DNA from: an uncultured Acidimicrobiia bacterium | GTDB lineage: Bacteria > Actinomycetota > Acidimicrobiia > UBA2766 | Assembly: GCA_964370965.1 (NCBI GenBank) | Contig: CAYJLW010000001.1 | Coordinates: forward strand, 23,509-87,508 | Length of the DNA: 64,000 nt | Direction of reading: 5' to 3' | Shown here: positions 37,663 to 47,505 of the stretch, piece by piece | Layout: every line of letters begins with the position of its first letter | Numbering within the stretch: the stretch's first letter is position 1 | Position numbers and translations under genes: made by a program | Notes under the pieces: generated by a model | What the model was told of the DNA's origin: nothing | The model's input: the letters and a program-made list of their open reading frames with translations, nothing else | Database searches by the model: none

Positions 37663-38964
37663 GGCGAGAGCCGCCTGGAGGGAGCCGGGGAGGCTCTGGC
37701 CCGTGGGGGGCCGGGGGATTCCCGTGAGGACCTGACCGGCGGCCCGGAGGGGCTCGCCCGCGTACTTTGTGTAGCCGGAGTTCACCCTCGACGTGAGCGA
37801 CGCGTACTTGCCCACGTGGAGCTTGTCGTTCGCGCTCCAGTTCTTGTTCCCCGGGTAGGCCTCGGGGCTGGCGAGGGCGCCGAAGAAGTCCGCCGCCGTC
37901 GAGGACGGGTTCACGAGCACGGAGCCGAGACGGGACTGGGTCTTCGCCGTGATGGCGCGGGCGCTCGCTTCCACACCGGCGTCGAAGGTGGGCCAGTCGT
38001 CCGTGCCCATGCCAGAGGCGCGGCCGCCGAGCTCGGGGAAGAGGCGCCACCAGCCGTTGGTGTTCAACGGGTTGTACTGGCCGCGGTGGCCCTGTATGGC
38101 GCCTCCCTCGCCCCACGCGAAGGCTACGAGGGCCACGATGTGCTCGCGGGTCACCGTGTCCTGGGGTTGGCGGCCGGTCCTCATGGCGAGGCTCTTCAGG
38201 GTCCACACGGCCCAGTCCTCGAGGTTCTGGGGGTCGGGGACGCCGGTGCGGGGCGCCTCGGCGCAGTTGGCGATCGTTCCCCATGGCAGCGTGTTCGTGG
38301 CCTTCGCCTGGGCGAGCCTGCGTTCGAGGTCGGCGACAAGGAGCTGCTGCTGCTGCACGGATCCGTCGAGGATGCGCTGCCACTTGTCGCGGCGGCGCTT
38401 CACGTCTTCGAGGGCGCGGCGCTTGTCGACGAGCTCGCCCTGGAGGCGGTTCTGTTCGGCGCGGGCGGCCTCGTAGTCGTCGAGGGCACCGGCGTCGCGG
38501 CGCACCGCGCGCTCGAGGTACTGCTGGGCGACGACGTACTCGTTCAGGGACTTCGCCGAGAGCACGGTCAGGAGCCCGGTGAGGGGCCGGGCGTAAAGCT
38601 CCTTCACGAGGCCGGTGATGCGTTCGCGCCGGACGCGCACGGCGGACTCGGCCTCGGCGACCGCGACCCGCGTGCGGGTGATGTCGGCATTGGCGTCCTG
38701 GATCTGGGCGGCGATGCGGTCGAGGTCCGAGCGGGCCTGGGACTGGCGGGCCTCGGCGGCGTCGAGGTTGGACTTCAGGTCGAGGAGATCCTGCTCCTGG
38801 GAGGCTCGGGGACCCGCTGCGGGGAGGCCGGCTGCCGCGGCGTGGTTGGTGAAGAGGCTGAGGGCGGCCAGGAACGCACACACGTGTCGGGCCCGGGAGA
38901 CGGGCCCTCTCGGCCTCGGGTGTGGACGTCTCGGGGTCCGGACGTGACGGGCGGTGTCGGGCAC
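37657..38964 (-). CDS. secreted coiled-coil protein with an uncharacterised C-terminal domain
   Basis: A signal-like segment 'VCAFLAALSLFTNHAAAAG', a long heptad region ('DLLDLKSNLDAAEARQSQARSDLDRIAAQIQDAN...'), then a Trp-rich globular C-terminal domain. The start is probably internal (a GTG near 38890). Confidence 0.45.
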   Translation of the reverse strand: MPDTARHVRTPRRPHPRPRGPVSRARHVCAFLAALSLFTNHAAAAGLPAAGPRASQEQDLLDLKSNLDAAEARQSQARSDLDRIAAQIQDANADITRTRVAVAEAESAVRVRRERITGLVKELYARPLTGLLTVLSAKSLNEYVVAQQYLERAVRRDAGALDDYEAARAEQNRLQGELVDKRRALEDVKRRRDKWQRILDGSVQQQQLLVADLERRLAQAKATNTLPWGTIANCAEAPRTGVPDPQNLEDWAVWTLKSLAMRTGRQPQDTVTREHIVALVAFAWGEGGAIQGHRGQYNPLNTNGWWRLFPELGGRASGMGTDDWPTFDAGVEASARAITAKTQSRLGSVLVNPSSTAADFFGALASPEAYPGNKNWSANDKLHVGKYASLTSRVNSGYTKYAGEPLRAAGQVLTGIPRPPTGQSLPGSLQAALAC

Positions 38965-39022
38965 GCTGCAATCGTAGATGCCCCCCGAACGGGCATTCCG
39001 AGCCGGAGGTTCCCCCGGACGG

Positions 39023-40558
39023 CTACGCAGGCTTTCCGTTGGCGCCGGGGCATGTCATGGGGACGGGCGCCGGGGCCGCCGTGGTCGCCGGCGCCGGCGT
39101 TGCCGGGACCGCGGCGGTGGCCGCGGGGGCGGGTGCCGGGGCGGGTGCGGGGGGAGGCGCGGTGGGGTTGTACAGGATGATGCGGTTCTCCGGCTTGTAC
39201 ACGGTCACGAATTCCTGGCGGGTCTCCTTGGCGTCGGGCTCCTTGATCGTCCGGGTGACCTTGATCGTGAAGCCCACGGCGGCTCCCTGCTTCGTCTTCT
39301 CCTTGCCGGGCGGGAGAGAGGAGTCCACCTGGCACTTCACGACGGGCTCGGTGACGGACTCGCGCGACCCGGTGACGCTGGTCACCTCGCGGCCGTCCTT
39401 GGTGCCGAAGAGGGTCACGGTCACGGATGACGACCCCACGGACGCCTTGAGGAGCACGGAGGACTTCAGGTTGTTGGTGAAGACCAGGTCGGGGTGGGGG
39501 TACGACAGGGTGGCCTCGCGCCCCACCGGGTAGCGCGAGATGTAGAACGTGTGGGCCTTGTGTTCCTTGATCGGGAAGCCGGCGAAGTAGGCGGCGTTGA
39601 ACAGCGTGGTGGCGAACTGGCTGACGCCGCCGCCGACGTCCTCGTCGAACTCGCTCCCGTAGATCACCGGAGCCTTCACGAACCCCTTCGCCTCCGTGCG
39701 GGGGCCGACCGCCTTGTTCGCCGAGAACGTCTCGCCGGGACCGATGACGGTGCCGTCGAGCATCTTCGCTATGAGGGCGATGTTCTTCACCCGGGGCTGG
39801 CCGGACGGGAACTTGGTGGTGAAGCTCGACACGGGCTCCTTGACACCCATCGCCTCGGCCTTCTCCGTGGTGACCTTGGGGTGGATCGTCGTGAGGCCGA
39901 CGCGCACGCTCCGCCGGCGGCCCGAGGCGAGAACGGCCCGCCGCAGGGCCGCCGTGGCGCTGCCCACGTCGAGGCCCCGGCCGTCCTTCGACGGGACGAC
40001 CTCCACCTTGTTCCCGGTCACCTTGAAGGACGCATCGACAGGCGGTGTCTCGGAGCCCTGGAGCAGGGGGCGCAGCACGGCCTCTGCCTTCGCCGCGGGC
40101 ACGTCGACGCCGCGGAAGGGGGCCTCTTGCGTCACGAACCAGGACAGCGTCCACGTGACCGGGTTCCACGTGTTGCGGGCCGCGGCGGCGCCACGGGCGG
40201 CGGCGGCCGTGTCCACGCGAACACCGAGTTGCGCCGGCTCCAGCTTCACCTGCTCCCCCTCGGCCTGCACCGTGATCGGGGCTCGCAGCAGATCCCGGGC
40301 ACGGCGCTGCAGGCGGCCGGCGGCTTCGTCGCGGCCGAGGCCCCCGACGGCGACACCGGAGACCTCCACGTTGCGGGCGATCTCCCCGCCCCCGAACAGG
40401 TTGTCGACGAACCAGGCCAAGAGGAACAGCACGCCGAAGACACCGGCGCCCACCAGGGCGCGACGACGGCCGTAGTGCGGCCGGGGCCGGTCGGACGCGG
40501 ACGGCGACGACCCGCGAGGCCGGTTGGTGGTGCGGCGCGTGCGCGTGGTGGTGGTCAC
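39023..40558 (-). CDS. VanW family protein, membrane-anchored
   Basis: N-terminal TM 'ALVGAGVFGVLFLLAWFV' and a VanW core ('FTTKFPSGQPRVKNIALIAKMLDGTVIGPGETFSANKAVGPRTEAKGF...GGGVSQFATTLFNAAYFAG'). The C-terminus is Pro/Ala-rich. Confidence 0.7.
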   Translation of the reverse strand: MTTTTRTRRTTNRPRGSSPSASDRPRPHYGRRRALVGAGVFGVLFLLAWFVDNLFGGGEIARNVEVSGVAVGGLGRDEAAGRLQRRARDLLRAPITVQAEGEQVKLEPAQLGVRVDTAAAARGAAAARNTWNPVTWTLSWFVTQEAPFRGVDVPAAKAEAVLRPLLQGSETPPVDASFKVTGNKVEVVPSKDGRGLDVGSATAALRRAVLASGRRRSVRVGLTTIHPKVTTEKAEAMGVKEPVSSFTTKFPSGQPRVKNIALIAKMLDGTVIGPGETFSANKAVGPRTEAKGFVKAPVIYGSEFDEDVGGGVSQFATTLFNAAYFAGFPIKEHKAHTFYISRYPVGREATLSYPHPDLVFTNNLKSSVLLKASVGSSSVTVTLFGTKDGREVTSVTGSRESVTEPVVKCQVDSSLPPGKEKTKQGAAVGFTIKVTRTIKEPDAKETRQEFVTVYKPENRIILYNPTAPPPAPAPAPAPAATAAVPATPAPATTAAPAPVPMTCPGANGKPA

Positions 40559-40665
40559 AGGAATCGAGCGTAGAACTGCGCGGGAGCCGGGAGGCGGCGC
40601 GGGATGGGAAGATTCTACTCCTGGCGACGGGGCCGGAGCCGAGCGCCCGGCACCGGGTCAGAGCT

Positions 40666-41520
40666 TCACTTGATCCCGAGCATGCGGGCCTGGACGGCGT
40701 CCACGAGCTTCGCCGGCAGGACCTTCGTGACCTGGGGTCCGACCTTCGCCGGCAGGGTCACGGTGTAGCGGGCCCGGGGGGAGGGTGACTCGATCGCCTT
40801 GCAGATCGCCTCGGCGACGGCGTCGGGGGGGCGCTCGAAGCGCGTGGCCGTGCGTCCCCCGGCGAGGGCCGTGCCCATGAAGGCGGCGTAGGGGTTCGAA
40901 TCGTCGTGCAGCCACCGGTCCTCGACCGGGCCGAGAGCCTTCCCCCCGAACTCCGTCCGGATGGGTCCGGGCTCCACGATCGCGACCTGGACGCCGAAGG
41001 GCCGGAGCTCCATGCGCAGGGAGTCCGAGAGCGCCTCGATGGCGAACTTCGACGCGCAGTAGGCCCCCATGAACGGGGTGGAGATGCGTCCGCCGATCGA
41101 GGACACGTTCACGATTGTTCCCCGTCGGGCAGCCCGCATCGCCGGCAGCACCGCCCTGATCACCCGCAGCGGCCCGTACACGTTGGCGTCGAACTGGGCC
41201 CTGACGTCTTCGTCGGGAAGGAGCTCGATCGGCCCCACGACGCCGTAGCCGGCGTTGTTCACCAGCGCCGTCACCTCGCCGAACTCCTTGCGGGCGGCAT
41301 CGACCGCGACCCGGATCGAGTCGGCATCGGTGACGTCGAGGCGCGCCCTGAAGACCCCGGCGGGCAGGTCCTCCAGTGTTTCGGGTCTCCGGGCGGTGGC
41401 GACCACCCTGTGGCCGTGCTCGGCGGCGAGGGCCACCGTGGCCCGGCCGATACCCGACGAGCACCCGGTGATGAGGACGACCTCGCTGCGACGGGCCACA
41501 CCCGCTCCTTCCGACGACAT
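40666..41520 (-). CDS. SDR family oxidoreductase
   Basis: 'VVLITGCSSGIGRATV', 'NNAG', and YxxxK in 'GAYCASKFAIEAL'. The start is at MSSEGAG; the upstream 61 aa of the ORF look spurious. Confidence 0.75.
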   Translation of the reverse strand: MSSEGAGVARRSEVVLITGCSSGIGRATVALAAEHGHRVVATARRPETLEDLPAGVFRARLDVTDADSIRVAVDAARKEFGEVTALVNNAGYGVVGPIELLPDEDVRAQFDANVYGPLRVIRAVLPAMRAARRGTIVNVSSIGGRISTPFMGAYCASKFAIEALSDSLRMELRPFGVQVAIVEPGPIRTEFGGKALGPVEDRWLHDDSNPYAAFMGTALAGGRTATRFERPPDAVAEAICKAIESPSPRARYTVTLPAKVGPQVTKVLPAKLVDAVQARMLGIK

Positions 41521-41644
41521 GCGCTCAACGTAGTCTCTAGGACGTCGGCGACCGCATGGAACTGCGGAGCGGGAGCGTCCGTCCAAGTCGTCGGACGAGT
41601 AGGAGAGCCCGGCACGGCCCGGGACCGACAACGATCGGAGTGTC

Positions 41645-42307
41645 ATGGGGAAGGCGTCGAAGGCGAAGGCGGAACGCAGAGCGCAGAGCGTGGCCGACGC
41701 CAAGAAGAAGGCGACGGGCCGGTCATGGCTCTACCCCGCCGTCATCGTGGGCATCGTCGTTGTCGCCGTCGTCGTCGTTCTCGTGACCAGCGGCGACGAC
41801 ACCAAGGGCAAGGCGTCGTCCAAGGACAAGGAGACGAGCTCGGCGGCGGAGAACCCGGGCAAGCCCCAGGAGCTCGTGGGCAAGGATGCGCCGCCGCTCA
41901 GCGGCAAGGACGTGACCGGATCCGGCGACGTGAACCTGGCAGACATGGCAGGTAAGCCCACCCTCGTCGTCTTCTGGGCGCACTGGTGCCCCCACTGCCA
42001 GAAGGAGCTCCCCATCATCCAGAAGCTCTCCAAGGACATGAAGGGACAGGTGAACTTCCTCACCGTGTCCACCAGCGCGCAGCCCGGCCAGGGCGGCGAG
42101 CAGTACTCGACGCCGGAGAAGTTCATCAAGACCGTGGGGATCACGATGCCCACGATCATGGACACGAGCGGGAAGGATGCCCGCGCCTACGCCCTGGAGG
42201 GCTTCCCGCAGCTCTACTTCCTCGACTCCTCGCTGACGGTGAAGAACCAGATGTCGGGTGAGAAGCCCGAGGAGCTCCTGAAGGCCGAGCTCAACAAGCT
42301 CACCTGA
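41645..42307 (+). CDS. membrane-anchored thioredoxin-like thiol:disulfide oxidoreductase (TlpA/ResA family)
   Basis: TM 'WLYPAVIVGIVVVAVVVVLV' and active site 'FWAHWCPHCQKELP'. Confidence 0.75.
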   Translation: MGKASKAKAERRAQSVADAKKKATGRSWLYPAVIVGIVVVAVVVVLVTSGDDTKGKASSKDKETSSAAENPGKPQELVGKDAPPLSGKDVTGSGDVNLADMAGKPTLVVFWAHWCPHCQKELPIIQKLSKDMKGQVNFLTVSTSAQPGQGGEQYSTPEKFIKTVGITMPTIMDTSGKDARAYALEGFPQLYFLDSSLTVKNQMSGEKPEELLKAELNKLT

Positions 42308-42310
42308 GCC

Positions 42311-43045
42311 GTGCCCGGACCCGTGCCCGGCCTCGAGGACGTCCGGCGGGTGCTGGCCGTCGCCGCGCATCCCGACGACCTCGACTTCGGCTGCGCCGGC
42401 ACGCTCGCCCGGCTCGCAGACGCCGGTGCCGAGGTCACCGAGCTCATCGCCACGCGGGGGGACTCGGGGTCCTCCGACCCCGACATGACGCGGGAGCGCC
42501 TCGCCCGGCTCCGCACCGCGGAGGCCGAGGCCGCCGCCGCCGTGCTCGGCGTCGACCTCGTCATGCTCGACTACGAGGACGGCTACGTCGGATCGACGAT
42601 CGAGCTCCGGCGCGACATCAGCCGCCATGTGCGGAGCACGCGCCCGGACCTCGTCATGATCATGGACCCGGCGCCGCTCATCACCGGGCCCGACGCATCG
42701 TTCACCTTCGTGAACCATCCCGACCATCGGGCCGTCGCCCAGGCGGCGCTCGACTCACTCCTCACCGGCGGTCCCACGCGTCTCGTCTTCCCCGAGCTCG
42801 CCGCCGACGGCCTGGAGCCCCACAAGCCGGGGCGCGTGGCACTCTACGGCCCCGGCGGCGCCAAGGACTTCTCCGTCGACGTGACCGCCACGATCGAGCG
42901 CAAGGTCGCCGCTCTCCGGTGCCACGCCAGCCAGGTGAGCGGGAGCGACGTGGAGGCCCTCGTGCGCGAGTGGGCCCGGCGGGCGGGGGCGGCGGCGGGC
43001 TGCGAGTACGCCGAGGTCTTCCACCTCTTCGACGTCGTCCCCTAG
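42311..43045 (+). CDS. PIG-L/LmbE family N-acetylglucosaminyl deacetylase (MshB/Mca-like)
   Basis: 'VLAVAAHPDDLDFGCAGTLARL' (the AHPDDE zinc-binding motif) and a ~244 aa size. Confidence 0.75.
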   Translation: MPGPVPGLEDVRRVLAVAAHPDDLDFGCAGTLARLADAGAEVTELIATRGDSGSSDPDMTRERLARLRTAEAEAAAAVLGVDLVMLDYEDGYVGSTIELRRDISRHVRSTRPDLVMIMDPAPLITGPDASFTFVNHPDHRAVAQAALDSLLTGGPTRLVFPELAADGLEPHKPGRVALYGPGGAKDFSVDVTATIERKVAALRCHASQVSGSDVEALVREWARRAGAAAGCEYAEVFHLFDVVP

Positions 43046-43059
43046 GGAGGGAGGGGTTC

Positions 43060-46000
43060 TTGTCCGCCGTTTCCGGGCGAAGGGGGCCGGGTTCTCCGGG
43101 GGACCCCGGCGACCCGCTGTCGCAGTTCCTCCCCGCGGTGTCGGGGTGGTTCCGGGACACCCTGGGGGTGCCCACAGCGGCTCAGGAGCGGGCCTGGCCG
43201 CTGATCGCCGCCGGCCGCCACCTCCTCGTGTCCGCCCCGACCGGCTCCGGCAAGACGCTGGCGGCCTTCCTCTGGGCTCTCGACCGTCTGTTCCGCGACG
43301 GAGGCTCCGGCGACGACCGGGCCGGTGTGGACGTCCTCTACGTGTCGCCCCTCAAGGCCCTGAACTACGACATCGAGCGCAACCTCGCCCTGCCTCTGGA
43401 GGGGATCCGGGAGCGGGAGCCCGGGCTGGACGACGTCGACGTGGGCGTCCGTACGGGCGACACGCCCCAGGCGGAGCGCCGCCGCCTCGTGCGCAGACCG
43501 CCCCGGATCCTGATCACCACGCCGGAGTCGCTGTACCTCCTGCTCACGTCGCGGTCGTCGCGACCCACGCTCGCCGGCGTGCGCACGGTGATCGTGGACG
43601 AGATCCACGCTGTCTGCGCCACGAAACGCGGGACGCATCTCGCACTCAGCCTGGAACGCCTCGCGGACCTGTGCGGTGGCGCCGACCCCCAACGCATCGG
43701 GCTCTCGGCGACGGTACGGCCCCTGGGACGCGTGGCGGCGTTCCTCGGAGGTGTGGGCCGGGACGTCGAGGTCGTGGACGAGGGCTCGCGACGTCCGATG
43801 CAGATCACCGTGGCGGGGACGGCCGCCGCGGAGGACGGGTCGGTCTGGCCCCGGCTCACGGAGTCCCTGCTCGCGGACGTCGCCGGGCACCGCACGACCC
43901 TCATGTTCGTGAACAGCCGCCGGGCGGCGGAGCGTCTCGTCGGCAGGCTGAACGACGCTGCCGCGGGCACGGAGCCAACGGAGCGCCTCGCTGCGGACGT
44001 CTCCACCGACGTGGCCGAGGGCGAGGGGGGCAGGGTCCTCCCGGCGGCCGGAGCGGCCCCGCAGAGCGGGGAGCCGGCGGCCCGAGCGGCCCCGCAGAGC
44101 GGGGAGTACCGTGCCCATCACGGGAGCGTGGCCCACCCCGTGCGCACCGAGCTCGAGGAAGCCCTCGCTGGGGGACGCCTGCGCACGCTCGTGGCCACCG
44201 GCACCCTCGAGCTGGGGATCGACATCGGGAGCGTCGACCTCGTCTGCCAGGTGGAGTCACCCAAGACCGTGGCCCGCGGGATCCAGCGTGTGGGCCGCAG
44301 CGGGCACCGGGTGGAGGCCACGAGCGTGGGCCGTCTCTATCCCGTACACCGGGGTGACCTCGTCGAGTCGGCGGCGCTCGCCCGCGGCATGGTCGACGGG
44401 GATATCGAGGAGGTACGGATCCCCTCCAACTGCCTCGACGTCCTCGCCCAGCAGATCGTGGCCGAGGTGGCGGCCCGGGACGTGACCGGCGACGCCCTCT
44501 TCGACCTCTGCCGCCGGGCGGACCCGTTCCGGGGCCTGCAGCGGGCGGCGTTCGACGCCGTCGTCGGCCTCCTCGCCGGGGAGACCGTTGATCCGGATCT
44601 GCCTGGGGTGACCCCCCGAGTGGTGGCCGACCGAGCCACCGGCATGCTGCGTGCACGGCCCGGGGCGGCCCGCGTGGCGGTGACGTCCGGGGGCACGATC
44701 CCGGACCGGGGCCTCTACCCGGTGCGTCTGGCGGGCAGCGGCGTCCGCCTCGGGGAGCTCGACGAGGAGTTCGTGTTCGAGTCCAAGCCTGGCGACGTGT
44801 TCGTGCTCGGCTCCTCGGCCTGGCGCATCACCGACATCGGCCGGGACCGCGTCGAGGTCGTGGAGGCGCCGGGGACGTTGGCGCGGATGCCGTTCTGGCA
44901 CGGGGAGGGCCTGGGTCGGCCCGCCTCGGTGGGACGGCGCGTGGGCGCCCTCCTCCGGGAGGCGGAGGCCGCGCTCGACGACGACGCCGGCCTTGCGTCC
45001 CTGGCTTCGGCCTGCCGCCTCGACGCGGTCGCCGGGGACGAGCTCACGGACCACCTCCGCCGCCAGCGCGGCGCCGCCGCGGTGCCCACCGACCGCCGGA
45101 TCGTGGTCGAGAGCTATGCCGACGAGGTGGGGGACTGGCGGGTGGTCCTGCACTCCGTCGCCGGGGGGCGGGTGAACTTCGCCTGGGGCCTCGTTCTCGC
45201 CGCCCGTCTCCGAGACGAGCTCGGCTTCGGGGTGGAGTGGGTCCACGGGGACGACGGTGTCATGATCCGCCTCCCGGGGGACGTGACGCCGCCCGCCGAC
45301 GTGGCCTCCCTGGTCGCCGCCGGGGACGTCGAGGAGGCCGTCTTGGACGAGCTCGCGGGTTCGACCCTGTTCGCCGCGCACTTCCGGGAGAACGCCGCCC
45401 GGGCGCTCCTTCTGCCCCGGAACCGGCCGGGGCGGCGGACGCCGCTGTGGCTGCAGCGCCTCCGGGCGGCAGACCTCCTCGCATGGGCGGGGCGGGACCC
45501 GGACTTCCCCATCGTGGTCGAGACGTTCCGGGAGTGCCTCGACGACGTCCTGGAGGTTCCCGCGCTCCGCCGGCTCCTGGAGGGCATCGAGGCCGGCGAG
45601 GTCGAGGTCGTCCCGGTGGCGACGGCGGGGCCTTCCCCCTTCGCGCAGTCCTTCCTCTACTCCTTCACCGAAGCTTTCCTGTACTCCGGCGACGTCGCCC
45701 GGGCCGAGGCCCGGGCCACGGCGCTGGGTGTGAACCGGGAGCTGCTCGCGGGTCTCGTGGGCGACGGCACGCTGCGGGACCTCCTGGAGCGCAGCGCCGT
45801 GGAGGAGGTGGTGGGCCAGGTGACGCGCACCGCCCGGGGCTGGCGGGCCCGCGACGAGGAGGAGGTGCTCGACCTCCTGCACCGGTTCGGTGACCTCGCC
45901 CTGGTCGAGGTCGATGCCCGTTCGGACGTGGACGCGGCCGAGGCTCTCGCCAGGCTCGGCGAGCGCGTGAGGGAGGTCGGGGACCGCTGGGTGGCGGCAG

Positions 46001-47436
46001 AGGAGGCGGCGGACTTCGAGGCGGTGCTGGCGGGGGCCGCGGACCCGGGGCCGTGGCTGCGGCGTGCCGCGCTGGGTCGGGGACCCTTCACGGCCGCGGA
46101 CCTCGCCGCTCGCTACGGCCGCGACGTCGGTGACGTCACCCGGGCTCTCGAGGATCTCGCCGGCGGCGGGCTCCTGGAAAGGGGCGGGTTCCTGCCCGGA
46201 GGCGAGGGCGAGGAGTGGGTGGCGAGCGCCGTCCTCACGCGCATGCACCGCCGGTCCCTCGCCCTTCTCCGCCGGCAGGCCTCCGCGGTCGACGGCGCCG
46301 CCTATGCCCGGTTCCTCGTGGGCCGGCACACGGGCCGGGTGTCCTCGGGCCGGGCCGGGCTCGAGCGCGCCCTCGCCCTCTTGGAGGGCTGTCCCCTGCA
46401 CGCGGGTCTCGTCGAGAGCGACGTCCTTCCGCGCCGCGTCGACGGATACGACCCGTTCCTCCTCGACGGTGTCCTGGCGGCGGGCGAGTGGTCATGGCTC
46501 GGACTGGGGGGCGCCCGGGTGGCATTCGTGCGTCCGGAGCGCGCCGGCCTCGTGTCCACAGCCGCCGACTCGGCGCTCTCGGAGACGGCCGCGGGCGTGA
46601 ACGCGTTCCTCGCCCGCGGGGGCGGCTGGCGCAGTGACGATCTCGCCGTCGCGCTCGACATGGACCTCGCCGGTGTCGAGGCCGCCCTCGCAGAACTGCT
46701 GTGGGCGGGGCTCGCCACCAACGACTCCTTCGGTCCGGCGCGGCACCGACCCCGGGGGCAGGCGGCGTCCGCCACGCCGAAGCGGCGACGGGGTCGCCCG
46801 GAGCCGCCGTCTGCGCCCGGGCCGCCGGCGCGCTGGAGCGCCGTCCGGCGTGTGGACGTGGTGGGGACACCGGGGGCCGGGCACGTCGTCGCCGGGATCC
46901 TCCTGGAGCGCCACGGCGTCGTCGCCTACGAGTCCTGGGCGGCGGAATCCTGGGCACCGTCCTGGGCGGACGTCCGTGGCGCCCTTGGCGCCATGGAGGC
47001 GCGGGGCGACGTGCGCCGGGGCTATTTCGTCGAGGGCCTCTCCGGTGTGCAGTACGCCCGGGCGACCACGGTCGAGACGCTCCGCCGGGCGGGCGAGCGC
47101 GCCGGGGACCCCACGCCGGAGGTCCTCGCGGCGGCCGATCCGGCAAACCCGTGGGGGCTCGTGTTCCCTGGCGCGGGGGTGCGGCGCAGCGCCGGAGCAC
47201 TCGTCGTCCTGGAGGCGGGGGTGGCGGTGCTCACCTGTGAGGGCTCCCGGGTGACGCCGCTGTCGGAGCGGCCCTTGGAGGCTTTCGCTCCCGCCCTCGC
47301 CGCCCTCGGCGCCGCGAGGGGCCGCCGACGCCTCATCATGGAGAGGTGGGCGAGGCGGCCCGCCGTCCTCGCCGCGGCGGCGTTCACGGCCGCGGGCTGG
47401 CGGCGCACCCCGAAGGGATTCCGGCCCCCGGCCTGA
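43060..47436 (+). CDS. lhr: Lhr-family ATP-dependent DEAD/DEAH-box helicase (large helicase-related protein)
   Basis: 'WFRDTLGVPTAAQERAWPLIAAGRHLLVSAPTGSGKTLAAFL' (Q-motif plus Walker A), 'VIVDEIHAV' (DExH), and a C-terminal Lhr-specific extension, 1459 aa in total. The TTG start at 43060 lies 8 nt after the RBS GGAGGGAGGGG. Confidence 0.8.
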   Translation: MSAVSGRRGPGSPGDPGDPLSQFLPAVSGWFRDTLGVPTAAQERAWPLIAAGRHLLVSAPTGSGKTLAAFLWALDRLFRDGGSGDDRAGVDVLYVSPLKALNYDIERNLALPLEGIREREPGLDDVDVGVRTGDTPQAERRRLVRRPPRILITTPESLYLLLTSRSSRPTLAGVRTVIVDEIHAVCATKRGTHLALSLERLADLCGGADPQRIGLSATVRPLGRVAAFLGGVGRDVEVVDEGSRRPMQITVAGTAAAEDGSVWPRLTESLLADVAGHRTTLMFVNSRRAAERLVGRLNDAAAGTEPTERLAADVSTDVAEGEGGRVLPAAGAAPQSGEPAARAAPQSGEYRAHHGSVAHPVRTELEEALAGGRLRTLVATGTLELGIDIGSVDLVCQVESPKTVARGIQRVGRSGHRVEATSVGRLYPVHRGDLVESAALARGMVDGDIEEVRIPSNCLDVLAQQIVAEVAARDVTGDALFDLCRRADPFRGLQRAAFDAVVGLLAGETVDPDLPGVTPRVVADRATGMLRARPGAARVAVTSGGTIPDRGLYPVRLAGSGVRLGELDEEFVFESKPGDVFVLGSSAWRITDIGRDRVEVVEAPGTLARMPFWHGEGLGRPASVGRRVGALLREAEAALDDDAGLASLASACRLDAVAGDELTDHLRRQRGAAAVPTDRRIVVESYADEVGDWRVVLHSVAGGRVNFAWGLVLAARLRDELGFGVEWVHGDDGVMIRLPGDVTPPADVASLVAAGDVEEAVLDELAGSTLFAAHFRENAARALLLPRNRPGRRTPLWLQRLRAADLLAWAGRDPDFPIVVETFRECLDDVLEVPALRRLLEGIEAGEVEVVPVATAGPSPFAQSFLYSFTEAFLYSGDVARAEARATALGVNRELLAGLVGDGTLRDLLERSAVEEVVGQVTRTARGWRARDEEEVLDLLHRFGDLALVEVDARSDVDAAEALARLGERVREVGDRWVAAEEAADFEAVLAGAADPGPWLRRAALGRGPFTAADLAARYGRDVGDVTRALEDLAGGGLLERGGFLPGGEGEEWVASAVLTRMHRRSLALLRRQASAVDGAAYARFLVGRHTGRVSSGRAGLERALALLEGCPLHAGLVESDVLPRRVDGYDPFLLDGVLAAGEWSWLGLGGARVAFVRPERAGLVSTAADSALSETAAGVNAFLARGGGWRSDDLAVALDMDLAGVEAALAELLWAGLATNDSFGPARHRPRGQAASATPKRRRGRPEPPSAPGPPARWSAVRRVDVVGTPGAGHVVAGILLERHGVVAYESWAAESWAPSWADVRGALGAMEARGDVRRGYFVEGLSGVQYARATTVETLRRAGERAGDPTPEVLAAADPANPWGLVFPGAGVRRSAGALVVLEAGVAVLTCEGSRVTPLSERPLEAFAPALAALGAARGRRRLIMERWARRPAVLAAAAFTAAGWRRTPKGFRPPA

Positions 47437-47505
47437 CGGTGCCGGACACAGGCGGGGCGACGTTGTAGCCTCCGCGCTGGCTCGATCCGCGGGTCCCCCA
47501 GGAGG

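Noticed and set aside
44257-46401. 714-aa minus ORF inside lhr
   Set aside because: Antisense of the Lhr helicase gene.
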